Assembly: GCA_030141605.1 (NCBI GenBank) | Contig: JAQGDQ010001693.1 | Coordinates: forward strand, 1 to 29,128 | DNA from: Tubiluchus corallicola | Lineage: Eukaryota; Animalia; Priapulida | Length of the DNA stretch: 29,128 nt | Reading direction: 5' to 3' | In this document: positions 1-12,154 of the stretch, one piece after another | Layout: each line of letters begins with the position of its first letter | Position numbering within the stretch: the first letter of the stretch is position 1 | Translations under genes and position numbers: made by a program | Notes under the pieces: generated by a model | The model's database searches: none | What the model saw: the letters and a program-made list of their open reading frames with translations, nothing else | What the model was told of the DNA's origin: nothing

Positions 1-619
1 AACTAGGCAACTATATGTATACACATATATCCATACATATATATATATATGTGTGTGTGTGTGTATATATATCCATACACATACATGTATGGATATATGT
101 ATATCCATAGACATACATAGATAAACATTATAGTCTTAAAAATAGATTTGGTATTAAATTAAGTACTATGTAACAGAAATGTGCATTTAATCTAGTGAAA
201 TTTTCAAAGGGCGGAAAAATAGTAAGCGAGAAATTCTTGTGAATTTAATATATATGAGGTTACATTGTGAATAATAATAATAGTTATACTATATGCATAA
301 ATTTATGGTAAAACAGATACAGTCATGTAAACATGCAGTACGAAAAATCAATAAATGTATCTCATATCACGTGAAAACAAAAAAAACAAACTAAATTCTT
401 CAAGGGAAGCAAAATTTATCAAATAATTAAAGAATTATATCAAGCAAAACGCAATTTAACTCAAGGTAAAAAGAAATTATCACAAGCAAAGTAAAAACGG
501 AATTCAACTTAGAGCAAAAATTATATCACACAAAAGCAACAAAATCAAACTCAAAGCGATAAAGAACCTTCATTTTCTGTTGAGGTTATACAGGTCTTTA
601 TAATTGTAACATATCAACT

Positions 620-1152
620 ATTCACACAATCTAGCTATAGAAACAGGTCGTTGGGCAAATGTACCTCGTGAGCGCAGGCTGTCTTTGTGGAGAAATTCAG
701 ACAGAAGAGCATTTTTTCTGCGAGTGCCATGAAAATGCACTTTGTAGATACTGTACGCGTTAAATTATAGTAATATTGCAAATTTATTTGATGGAGAATT
801 AATGTCAATTGGAAATTTCATTTACGACTGTATGCATAGATTTCTGAATTAAACAGTATAGTTTTGTTAGCGGATATATAACCGCATCACGGAGATTATC
901 ATATAGGTAAAATATTTGTTTATCACATGTGCACAAATGCTTAGTTAATAGTTTTTTCGCTTCATAGAGTTTACAACTAAATTTGTATATCTGTGTATAA
1001 ACCTTGTGCAGCTATGTTGAGTCAAATTGTTAGTATGATCTGGAAATCATTTCCCGAGTTCTGCCCGCTGATAAAACCATCGGGTATGCGTCGAGTTTGT
1101 AATTTTCATGTTGGAAATTTGATTTTCAGAAATAAAATATCTATCTATCTAT
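620..1152 (+). mobile_element. 3' end of a non-LTR retrotransposon (RTEX-like, tentative) with (ATCT)n tail; duplicate at ~8434-8966
   Basis: Frameshifted translation from 622: SHNLAIETGRWANVPRERRL / CGEIQTEEHFFCEC / LYALNYSNIANLFDGELMSIGNFIYDCMHRFLN*. This is a C-terminal zinc-knuckle of LINE ORF2, followed by a 3' UTR, AATAAA and tatctatctatct. Confidence 0.75.
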
Positions 1153-1274
1153 TGATTATTGATTACTGTATCAAGAACCTTCAAATAAATGAAGTTTCGA
1201 AGATATTTATAATTTTTTGTGCTTTTAACACTTGTTCTATCATGACAAATAACTTGCTTGATTTTCTACGCTAG

Positions 1275-1401
1275 GCGACGATCTTGGACACCATCCTGCC
1301 AAGACTGAAGCCAGACATGGTCGAAAGACCAGAGATAGGTCAAAGAGTTAAACTTAGCAAAGGAGACATTATCAAAGCCACCCTGCTTTACAAGTGTCCG
1401 A
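1275..1401 (+). pseudogene. BMP1/TLL: Out-of-order duplicate of the astacin C-terminal exon (copy of 9089-9215); functional status unknown
   Basis: Same length, intact AG/GT. Three substitutions: 1283 and 1325 synonymous, 1374 Q to K. It lies upstream of the exons that normally precede it. Confidence 0.75.
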
Positions 1402-1510
1402 GTAAGAACACATTTTTTAATTATACTAAGATGAAGTTAGATTATATTAAAGTATATTAGAAAAAAATCTAATGTAACAATGAATGACTAACTGACTGAT
1501 CTACTGAAAA

Positions 1511-1724
1511 ACTGTCACTCAGTCTTTTGTTCAATCTGCCAGTACTGCCATTCATGTCTTCCCTTAGACGTTTTTTCACTCATTCATTCTTCCATTCTCA
1601 TCTTGTTTCGGTTATATCCCTAGGTATTTCTTTTCAAAGCATATGCATTTTTTGTAAGTTTTTTATTCACTCATTCATTCGTTCATTTAATCATTCAATC
1701 GTTCATTCATTCATTCATTCATTC

Positions 1725-1755
<31 letters not shown>

Positions 1756-1976
1756 CATTCATTCATTCATTCATTCATTCAATCATTCATTCGTTCATTC
1801 ATTCATTCAATCGTTCATTCATTCATTCATTCATTCAATCGTTCATTCATTCATTAATTCATTTATTCATTCATTCATTCATTCAATCGTTCATTCATTC
1901 ATTCATTCATTCAATCGTTCATTCGTTCATTCATTCATTCGTTCATTCATTCATTCATTCATTCATTCATTCATTC
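1511..1976 (-). repeat. Inverted copy of ~9630-10094 (unique segment plus (ATTC)n)
   Basis: actgtcactcagtcttttgttcaatctgcc... is the reverse complement of ...ggcagattgaacaaaagactgagtgacagt ending at 10094. Confidence 0.92.
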
Positions 1977-2270
1977 AAACAGACAGATAAGCAGGCAGAA
2001 AGGTAAACAAGCAGACAATCTGATAAATAAAGCAAAAAAGAAAGGAAACCACAGAAAGTAAGAAACGATAATAAAAGAACGAATTAAACAATAAAAAACA
2101 GTGTCTATTTATAATTAAAAGACTAATTCTCTGTTAAGTTTTTTAATCTTGCCTCTAGATGGCTACCTTGTCTTTTTTAACAACAAAGTGTTTTTAAGGT
2201 GCTGATCTGAGTGGCTTAAATGTTTGTGCAGCACTGAAAACTAAATGTCTTTAATTTCTTCCGTTTACAG

Positions 2271-2449
2271 ATGCTGCTCTTTTGTTGGAAAAAGAGGGAA
2301 CGGCGGTCAGGCGATATCAATCGGAAAGAACTGTGACAAATTTGGAATAGTGGTACACGAGCTTGGTCACGTGATTGGCTTCTGGCACGAACACACTCGA
2401 CCAGACAGAGACACAAACGTGGAAATCATTAAAGAAAACATTGAGCCAG
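2271..2449 (+). CDS. BMP1/TLL: BMP1/tolloid-like protease, astacin active-site exon ([59 protein letters not shown])
   Basis: Acceptor ttccgtttacAG at 2269-2270 and donor GTgggt at 2450. Contains the astacin HExxHxxGFxHE motif and the tolloid-type CCSxVG...[12 protein letters not shown] sequence. Phase 2 start, phase 1 end. Confidence 0.97.
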
Positions 2450-2468
2450 GTGGGTACCATGGCTTGCA

Positions 2469-2780
2469 TGTGTGTGTGTGTGTGCGTGTGTGTGTTTGTG
2501 TGTGTGTGTGTGCGTGTGTGTGTTTGTGTGTTTGTGTGTGCGTGTTGGTGCGTGTGTGTGTGTGTGGCACTACTGTTTTGTTTTTGAAAAACAAATCATA
2601 TGATTTATTACTGCTGCTGCTGTTGTTGCTGCAGATGATGACGACGGCGACGATGATGGTGATAATTATGATGTTGTTGTTGTTGCTGCTTTGATAAACT
2701 ACGATAAAAATGGGTGTGCGTGCGTGCGTGCGCGCGCGTGTGTGGTTGGATGTGTGTGTTTGTGTGCGTGCGTGTGTGTG
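2469..2780. repeat. Cluster of (TG)n, (CTG/ATG/TTG)n and (TGCG)n microsatellites
   Basis: Direct reading. Confidence 0.95.
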
Positions 2781-2796
2781 AATACTGCTTTTCTAC

Positions 2797-3035
2797 TTAT
2801 CTGCCTGTATATTTGTCTCTTTGCTTACCTATTGTTTGTCTGCTTGCCTACCTATCTGCATGTTCTTCTGTCTCTTTGCTTGCCTATTGTTTGTCTGCTT
2901 GCCTACCTATCTGCATGTTCTTCTGTCTCTTTGCTTGCCTATTGTTTGTCTGCTTGCCTACCTATCTGCATGTTCTTCTGTCTCTTTGCTTGCCTATTGT
3001 TTGTCTACTTGCTTACCTATGTAGATGTTTTTCTG
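2797..3035. repeat. 55-bp minisatellite, ~4 copies
   Basis: cctatctgcatgttc recurs at 2851, 2906 and 2961. Confidence 0.92.
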
Positions 3036-3237
3036 TCTTTTTAGGTGCTTACTGATTTCAGTACTAATTGACTGTTTCTCCTTAATTCACTTAATTATTC
3101 ATTTATTCATCACTCGTACGTATCTGGGAAGTTGTAAACTCATTGTAGACTGATTTTATATTGCCATAATAATGATTCAACACGTAATACTTAATTAAGA
3201 AATTGGCCTCTACGTTTTCTGAACTGCGTTGTAGATT

Positions 3238-3940
<703 letters not shown>

Positions 3941-3950
<10 letters not shown>

Positions 3951-4346
3951 TTTTATTTCTGAAAATCAAATTTCCAATACGAAAATTACAAACTCGACGC
4001 ATACCCGATGGTTTTATCAGCGGGCAGAACTCGGGTAATGATTTCCAGATCATACTAACAATTTGACTCAACATAGCTGCACAAGGTATATACACAGATA
4101 TACAAATTTAGTTGTAAATTCTATGAAGCGAAAAAAACTATTTACTAAGCATTTGTACACATGTGATAAACAACCTATATGATAATCACAATGATGTGGT
4201 TTTATGTCCGCTAACAAAGCTATACTATTTAATTCAAAAATCTATGCATACAGTCGTAAACGAAATTTCCAATTGACATTAATTCTCCATCAAATAAATT
4301 TGCAATATTACTATAATTTAACGCGTACAGTGATCTATAAAGTGCA
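3941..4346 (-). mobile_element. Second, shorter (5'-truncated) copy of the same retroelement in reverse orientation
   Basis: Reverse complement of ~737-1150 with scattered substitutions. Its tail runs directly into the (GATA)n array. Confidence 0.85.
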
Positions 4347-5684
4347 ATGTTGATATTGCAAATGTCTTCGTTCTAAGACGTTCTCTTTTTTAACCTTCAG
4401 AAGAGAGACGTAATGATTAAAAGATGTGGAGGCTGATGAGTGAACTCTCTCTCTCTTCTCACTGCAACTAGCACGTCTGCTTAATCATAAATATAAATTT
4501 TACGATGTCGTGAAGACACTTGAACGTTTCTGTCTCATTTTCATGGGAAATATTACGATGAACCCTCGAGAATGTTTTTTCTAATTAGGCTGCTGCTAGG
4601 AGGTAGAGATGCTGACGAATAAATGCCTCTGCGCCGCTGTCGTCATCTCAAACATCATTGTCAGTGCACTAAATCAACGCTCAGACAGAGATGTGGAAAT
4701 TTATTTACCTCTATAAAAGCAACATACTTAGCGTAGACAGACTGAGTTTTATAGATACAGGTGTAGATATAGATAACTGAATATAGATACACACGTACAC
4801 CTAGACAAAGATATAGATGCTGACATAGATATGGATACAGATACAGACATAGAGCTAGATATAGATAACCTCGAGGATTCGGGTTAACTGGATTATCCTC
4901 AACCATTCGGATTAACTGGATTATTCTCCACCATTTTTAGCTAGCCTGCATAGTGCATACTCGGCCTATAGCCTCTGCGTATATAAACTGGTTGTATGTT
5001 TGTAAAAATTCACCACTGATGATGACAGCAGTAGCGGTGACGCAACGTTTTAACAAAGTTGTAGTGTTTTAACTACAAATGTTTTAAGTACCTGTAATAA
5101 AAAAGCTTTTATACTCTGCATACGATGGGTCAGTACCTAGTTGATTACCGTGTCTGATTCTACACCTGATGCAAACAGAAAGACCACCCCCCCCCCACAC
5201 ACACACACACCAGCTAGCTAATTAACGTGATAATTAGACAATGTCCTCCTTCGCAAGGTGTTGTTTTTGCCACTTTTAACTGCAAGTTACACACCTACGT
5301 ATAATCAAGTCAATTATGAACCTTCTTTGTGCCTAATCACCAAAATAAGGCCATTCATGAGCATAACAGCCTCCCATCTGCTAGCACCCTGCACCTTCTT
5401 GATCAGATGCAAAGGGAAGACTAAGGCACCTTCGAAAGACTTTTGAAGGGGCTTTGGGAAGACTAACATTACAGTAAAGTTATAGTGTTCATTGCTTGCC
5501 AGAGATAACGCTTTATACATGAATTTGAATATTTGTTTTATCAATAATTTGTTTTTCTTTTGTTTGTTTTCTGCAGTGTTGCCATATTTCGAAATTGAAA
5601 TTGTATGTATATCTTGTTTTGTACGCGTTTTTTGCATTAATCAATTAACAAAATTAATTAATATACAGGAAAGTTTGTGCCCCC

Positions 5685-6148
5685 TTCAGACAATTTGTTT
5701 TTTCATCAAATTTGTTGCTCACCGCTTACCAAAGATGACGTTTCATACAGGCAGGCTAGTGTTTGGTTCAGACAACTTGTTTTTTCACCAAATTTGTTCC
5801 TCACCACTTACCAAAGATAACGTTTCATACAGGCAGGTTTGTGTTTGGTTCAGACGATTTGTTTTTTCATCAAATTTGTTGCTCACCGCTTACCAAAGAT
5901 GACGTTTCATACAGGCAGGCTTGTGTTTGGTTCAGACAACTTGTTTTTTCACCAAATTTGTTCCTCACCACTTACCAAAGATAACGTTTCATACAGGCAG
6001 GCTTGTGTTTGGTTCAGACGATTTGTTTTTTCACCAAATTTGTTGCTCACCGCTTACCAAAGATAACGTTTCATAGAGGCAGGCTAGTGTTTGGTTCAGA
6101 CGATTTATTTTTTCATCAAATTTGGTGCTCACCGCTTACCAAAGATAA
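5685..6148. repeat. 82-bp minisatellite, ~5.6 copies, with alternating A/B units
   Basis: ttcagac recurs at 5685, 5767, 5849, 5931, 6013 and 6095. Confidence 0.95.
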
Positions 6149-6664
6149 ATCTTTATACGTTTTTTCTTGTAAGTTTGACAAATTTGGAATTTTTAAAATG
6201 TTAGAGGAACAGCCTACATAATTTTCTAATTCGTTCCTTTTATCAGCAAGAATTTGGAACTGCATTTGAACTAGTTCGTTTTCTTGACAAAGAACTATAA
6301 ACTGGAACAAACGTTAAAAGAATTACAACCCTAACCTTAGCAATCATACATGTACGCTGTACGTTATCGACGCCTTCCCAACGCCAGCTGGTAATCATAC
6401 AGTTGCTTATTACAATTAATTAGCTGCAGTTGAGCGCATGGGATCTTAATTAGTGACTAATCAGTTTTGCATAATCCTATTCGGCTAAGAAGATTAAGAT
6501 GGGCGCTGCACGTGGTAGTGAAAAAAACCAAGATGTCACGAGTTAAATCCGTGTGCAGTTAGTCTGTAGAAATAGGTACTAGAGTCAGAAAACATTGTAG
6601 ACTTATGTCGAAATCACCACGAAACCAAGAAAGAAAGAATGTTAAATTATAATTATATTTGCAA

Positions 6665-7310
6665 AACTTTTCTTCCAAAGTTATATTACTTAGCATTAAA
6701 GTACGACACCATGCGTGCGTAATGCGTGACGCGTATACAACAGTATATATTTAAACACGTGGAAGTGTTTCCATGTGTACGCAAAGCGTAATTCGAAATG
6801 CTCGATACTTATTCACTCGAACGTGATGGCTATCGTCTGAATACGCATCACGCATTACGAATCACGCATTGCGCGCATGGAGTCGTACCTTTGCACTTAC
6901 CTGCTTGAAACGCTTATCTAATTGGAAAAGAAAATTCTTAGTAATTTAAAATACTCCTGTGACATGGTAAAACGTCGCTGCACGCCATCCCACTGTGCAA
7001 CACTGGCTCACCAAAAAATCACATTATCGATCTTATTGACAATATCATAAAGTAATTCAAACTATTCCCTAGTCAGCATAGAGTGCGCTACACACGTGTA
7101 GCATGTGTAGATTCTCTTTTTCCAAACTTGTAGCATTACAATTTTACCATTATTATGGCAGCACATGACGGTCATCACAGGAGTTTAAATCTACAAGTTT
7201 TATTCAGCGTTGCTACTACTGCAAGACCCGCATGCAATAAGACATGTAATAAAATGTAAAGACGAATTTTTTCAGATTTATTTATGAAGAGTGTTTTCTT
7301 CTGCTATAAG
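6665..7310 (+). mobile_element. Interspersed repeat with a diverged inverted copy at ~12155-12760; contains an internal TIR-bounded module at 6701-6888
   Basis: gcaacactggctcacc matches ggtgagccagtgttgc, and cggtcatcacaggagtttaaat matches atttaaactcccgcgatgaccg. Internal inverted ends are gtacgacaccatgcgtgcgtaatgcgtga and tcacgcattgcgcgcatggagtcgtac. Confidence 0.8.
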
Positions 7311-7566
7311 CAACAATACTAAAATGAAATTTAAAGAAAAATTTTAGATGTACACTCCCTTCACACAATCTAAACTTTGTAATTGTTGCTTATATGTTGT
7401 AACTTTACTATTTTTGTGTAAAATAGTCTCATGTTGCTTGCACTGTCACCCTAAAACTGTACTCTGTAGCTCCGTAGAGCAGACTACTCATTTGCAATAG
7501 TTGCTGAATTTCTTATTTTACTTTAGCATTCATTACTTTTAGCGTTTGTGTTTTTTACACTTTCAG

Positions 7567-7673
7567 GGCAAGAATATAACTTCAATAAGTTGGGACCAAA
7601 CGAAGTCAATTCTCTGGGACAACCTTATGACTATGGCAGCATCATGCATTACTCCAGGAATACATTTGCCAAG
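7567..7673 (+). CDS. BMP1/TLL: BMP1/tolloid-like exon, astacin domain with Met-turn ([36 protein letters not shown])
   Basis: Acceptor acttttcAG and donor GTatga at 7674. Splices in frame with the 2271 exon. SIMHY Met-turn present. Confidence 0.96.
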
Positions 7674-7705
7674 GTATGAGAATGATCATGGTCAAATCTA
7701 CAGTG

Positions 7706-7802
7706 CAGTAAATCCTCGCTTAACGACGCTAATCCATTCCAGCAAAATACGACTTTAAGTGAAACGTCGCTAAACGGGGAGGCGTTAAGCGAGGACTTAC
7801 TG
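7706..7802. mobile_element. Tc1/mariner (pogo/Tigger-like) MITE, 97 bp
   Basis: TIRs cagtaaatcctcgcttaacg and cgttaagcgaggacttactg (19/20 match). CAGTA..TACTG termini, TA on the right flank. Confidence 0.8.
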
Positions 7803-9088
7803 TATGTACTAGGCAACTAGGCAACTATATGTATACACATATATCCATACATATATATATATATGTGTGTGTGTGTGTATATATATCCATACACATACAT
7901 GTATGGATATATGTATATCCATAGACATACATAGATAAACATTATAGTCTTAAAAATAGATTTGGTATTAAATTAAGTACTATGTAACAGAAATGTGCAT
8001 TTAATCTAGTGAAATTTTCAAAGGGCGGAAAAATAGTAAGCGAGAAATTCTTGTGAATTTAATATATATGAGGTTACATTGTGAATAATAATAATAGTTA
8101 TACTATATGCATAAATTTATGGTAAAACAGATACAGTCATGTAAACATGCAGTACGAAAAATCAATAAATGTATCTCATATCACGTGAAAACAAAAAAAA
8201 CAAACTAAATTCTTCAAGGGAAGCAAAATTTATCAAATAATTAAAGAATTATATCAAGCAAAACGCAATTTAACTCAAGGTAAAAAGAAATTATCACAAG
8301 CAAAGTAAAAACGGAATTCAACTTAGAGCAAAAATTATATCACACAAAAGCAACAAAATCAAACTCAAAGCGATAAAGAACCTTCATTTTCTGTTGAGGT
8401 TATACAGGTCTTTATAATTGTAACATATCAACTATTCACACAATCTAGCTATAGAAACAGGTCGTTGGGCAAATGTACCTCGTGAGCGCAGGCTGTCTTT
8501 GTGGAGAAATTCAGACAGAAGAGCATTTTTTCTGCGAGTGCCATGAAAATGCACTTTGTAGATACTGTACGCGTTAAATTATAGTAATATTGCAAATTTA
8601 TTTGATGGAGAATTAATGTCAATTGGAAATTTCATTTACGACTGTATGCATAGATTTCTGAATTAAACAGTATAGTTTTGTTAGCGGATATATAACCGCA
8701 TCACGGAGATTATCATATAGGTAAAATATTTGTTTATCACATGTGCACAAATGCTTAGTTAATAGTTTTTTCGCTTCATAGAGTTTACAACTAAATTTGT
8801 ATATCTGTGTATAAACCTTGTGCAGCTATGTTGAGTCAAATTGTTAGTATGATCTGGAAATCATTTCCCGAGTTCTGCCCGCTGATAAAACCATCGGGTA
8901 TGCGTCGAGTTTGTAATTTTCATGTTGGAAATTTGATTTTCAGAAATAAAATATCTATCTATCTATTGATTATTGATTACTGTATCAAGAACCTTCAAAT
9001 AAATGAAGTTTCGAAGATGTTTATAATATTTTGTGCTTTTAACACTTGTTCTATCATGACAAATAACTTGCTTGATTTTCTACGCTAG

Positions 9089-9215
9089 GCGACGATTTTG
9101 GACACCATCCTGCCAAGACTGAAGCCAGACATGGTCGAGAGACCAGAGATAGGTCAAAGAGTTAAACTTAGCAAAGGAGACATTATCCAAGCCACCCTGC
9201 TTTACAAGTGTCCGA
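9089..9215 (+). CDS. BMP1/TLL: BMP1/tolloid-like exon, end of astacin domain ([42 protein letters not shown])
   Basis: Acceptor ctacgctAG and donor GTaaga at 9216. In frame with both neighbours. IGQRxxLSxGDIxQxxxLYKCP is typical of the BMP1 subfamily. Confidence 0.95.
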
Positions 9216-9364
9216 GTAAGAACACATTTTTAATTATACTAAGATGAAGTTAGATTATATTAAAGTATATTAGGAAAAAATCTAATGTAACAATGAATGA
9301 CTAACTGACTGATCTACTGAAAAACTGTCACACTGGCGTGCCTGGCTGACTAGTTTGCTGCATT

Positions 9365-9844
9365 GATGAATGAATGAATAAACGAGTGAATGAATGAAAG
9401 AACGAAAAAATGATTCTATCAATAAATGAATGAACGATTGACTGAATGAATGAATGAATGAATGAACGATTGAATGAATGAACGAACGAACGAATGAATG
9501 ATTGAATGAATGAATGAATAAATGAATGAATGAATGAATGAATGAATGAATGAATGAATGAATGGATGAATGAATGAACGATTGAATGAATGAATGAATG
9601 AAGGAACGAACGAATGAATGATTGAATGAATGAATGAATGAATGAATGAATGAATGAATGAATGAATGAATGAACGAATGAACGATTGAATGAATGAATG
9701 AATGAATGAACGATTGAATGAATGAATGAATGAATAAATGAATTAACGAATGAATGAACGATTGAATGAATGAATGAATGAATGAACGATTGAATGAATG
9801 AATGAACGAATGAATGATTGAATGAATGAATGACTGAATGAATG

Positions 9845-9883
<39 letters not shown>

Positions 9884-9940
9884 GAATGAATGAATGAATG
9901 AACGATTGAATGATTAAATGAGCGAATGAATGGAGTGAAT
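9365..9940. repeat. (TGAA)n/(TCAA)n degenerate microsatellite
   Basis: Direct reading. Confidence 0.95.
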
Positions 9941-10412
9941 AAAAAACTTACAAAAAATGCATATGCTTTGAAAAGAAATACCTAGGGATATAACCGAAAC
10001 AAGATGAGAATGGAAGAATGAATGAGTGAAAAAACGTCTAAGGGAAGACATGAATGGCAGTACTGGCAGATTGAACAAAAGACTGAGTGACAGTCTAGCC
10101 AGGTGACTGGCTTAATAAATGCATGAATAAATGAAATGATGAATGAACGAAAAAAATGAATGGATTAATCAATCAATAAACGATTGAATGAAAGAATGGA
10201 TGGAGTTAATGAATGAAAAAAATGAATGAACGAATGAAGAAAGTAAATGAAAAAAAAACAAAAATACGTACTTCGAAAAATTAAAAAAAGGAAAAAAATG
10301 CCTAGTGACGTAATCAAAAGAAGATGGGAATGAGAGAATGAATGAGTGACAAACGATTGAGCGAAAAACTGCTGAAACACGTGAATACTAAATGAAGCCA
10401 TTTCAATAACAG

Positions 10413-10619
10413 CGTGTGGCAGAACAATGCAAGAATCATATGGCAACATTTCTGTACCCTTGGACGCGGGGCCTATCCACTGTCAATGGCGGATCTCCGC
10501 TACACTAGGGGAGAAGATTATCTTAAACGTCACGAGTTTGGATCTGCCCCAAAGCAGCGACTGTAGACAAAACTTTCTGGAGATACGAGATGGACATTGG
10601 CTGAAGTCACCATTAATTG
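10413..10619 (+). CDS. BMP1/TLL: BMP1/tolloid-like exon, CUB1 first part (TCGRTMQESYGNISVPLDAGPIHCQWRISATLGEKIILNVTSLDLPQSSDCRQNFLEIRDGHWLKSPLI)
   Basis: Acceptor caataacAG and donor GTaagt at 10620. 207 bp, phase 1-1. CUB signatures CG, CxWRI and EIRDG. Confidence 0.93.
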
Positions 10620-10624
10620 GTAAG

Positions 10625-10673
10625 TTGTTGCTGTTGTTGTTGTTGTTTCTGATGATGTTGTTGTTGTTTCTGA

Positions 10674-10740
<67 letters not shown>
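10625..10740. repeat. (TTG)n microsatellite just after the CUB1 exon donor
   Basis: Direct reading. Confidence 0.97.
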
Positions 10741-11629
10741 ACTGATCTTATAATTTACCTATCATTGGTTCCAAGTTCTGTTTTGTAAAAGTAGCACTTT
10801 TTAGTATTTTGTAAAAGTGAAGTAGGAAAGTAACTTTTTAGATCACAGACTGCTTACTGGTGCAAAGGTGTAAACACTTCAATAAGTTTTATGTTGGAAC
10901 GCTTAGTGCTTTGTAGAAATTGTACTTTGGAACTGTAAGAGTTAAGTAACAAAGTTATTTTAAGATCATACACTATATACTAGTGTGTAGACAATGGAGC
11001 TTCAATAAGTTTTATGTTGGAAAGCTTTAATATTCTACTCTGTGTTTTGTAGTCTATACAAGCCTAATAATATAAATAAATTGCTACAACAATTACCCTA
11101 AATACATGATAACAATGGTGGCTTGAACTACATTCACTCCACGAATTATTCTTATCAACATAATTATCATTTGGCCACAATTTTTCATGATTGACCCATG
11201 ATCTCCACTGATAGTATAATTGGATTATTATTCATGCAAAAATAGGTGATATTATTGTTTGGTTAGGTGATCCTATTGTTTGGTTAGTTGAGCCTATTGT
11301 TTGGTAGTAATCAATTAGTCTCCCTCTGAACGACAACACAGAAGGAAGAAATAAAAAATAAATAATGAAATTGCTCGTCTCTTGCATAGATGGTACACCA
11401 TCCAAATAACTCATCATTACAAAAAAAATTGATTAGTTTGATTCATCAAAATGTGCGTTTTAAATATTTTTTGGTTTTTAAAATTTATTTGAATTTTTAG
11501 AGCAGCAGTGAAAAAACAGAAGTTGAGCTAAGGAATTGAACTCACGACCTTCTGAACGTTTATGTTCCAAAAATATTTTCTGAAAACCACTACCCTCAGC
11601 TGACAACCAGTCTTTCAATTATGACTTAA

Positions 11630-12092
11630 AGTATTTGGGACCCAATGTTAAACTGAAGGTCAAAACAATCTACTCTTTAAAATATTGACAGGAAACAAAC
11701 AATTTTTCAAAAATGACTTACGAGAAAGAATTATTACCACACAAACGCAATTTCACGTTCGCGCCACTAGTTCTTCGCGGTTACATGAATTTCGCCATTC
11801 GCTAGTTAGAGGGGCACTAGCGCCTGCATTTCGGAAACGCGATGCACAAAAACTGGTGCTGTAGCTCTGAGTTCAGATGTGTTCGTTTGTGACGAACTAC
11901 ACACGTTTGGCAGTTCATATGTGAACACAGTGGTAAATTTGAATTGTTATCTTAAGACTTGCCTAGTTTTGGTACAACGCACTGAATCTCTTACAGTAGC
12001 ACTGTACTTCAATTTTCCCTTTCGCAAACACGTGCAACACGCTCGTGGAATATTTTTGCTTTAGAAAATTATGCTAGTTTGTTATGTCATCA
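11630..12092 (+). mobile_element. TTAA-flanked non-autonomous DNA transposon family (Kolobok-like), partial copy 1
   Basis: Starts after TTAA (11626-11629). Shares core gcgcctgcatttcggaaacgc and cttacagtagcactgtacttcaatttt with three other copies. Confidence 0.8.
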
Positions 12093-12154
12093 TCATTTTT
12101 CATCATTATGAGTTCTCAGTTATCGGAAAACAACGTGTTAATATACCAATTTTT

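Larger units (their letters stand above)
1..1518 (+). repeat. Direct segmental duplicate of 7815-9331
   Basis: Offset 7814 (ORFs 993 vs 8807, exons 1275 vs 9089), becoming 7813 after a 1-bp indel near 1415. Near-identical by eye. Confidence 0.95.

Noticed and set aside
993-1274. 93-aa ORF repeated at 8807 and partly at 3103-4095
   Set aside because: GTG start, lies in a retroelement 3' UTR and ends at the splice-acceptor TAG. Recurrence reflects repeat copies.
2450-2694. Hydrophobic read-through tail after the active-site exon (likewise poly-Leu at 10620-10753)
   Set aside because: These are translations of (TG)n and (TTG)n intronic microsatellites beyond canonical donors.
4877-4935. Short local direct repeats (also cttcaataagttttatgttggaa at ~10877 and ~11000, and a 21-bp triplet at ~11254-11305)
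   Set aside because: Ordinary slippage-scale duplications with no further structure.
6326-6340. Telomere-like aaccctaacctta
   Set aside because: Only about two units.
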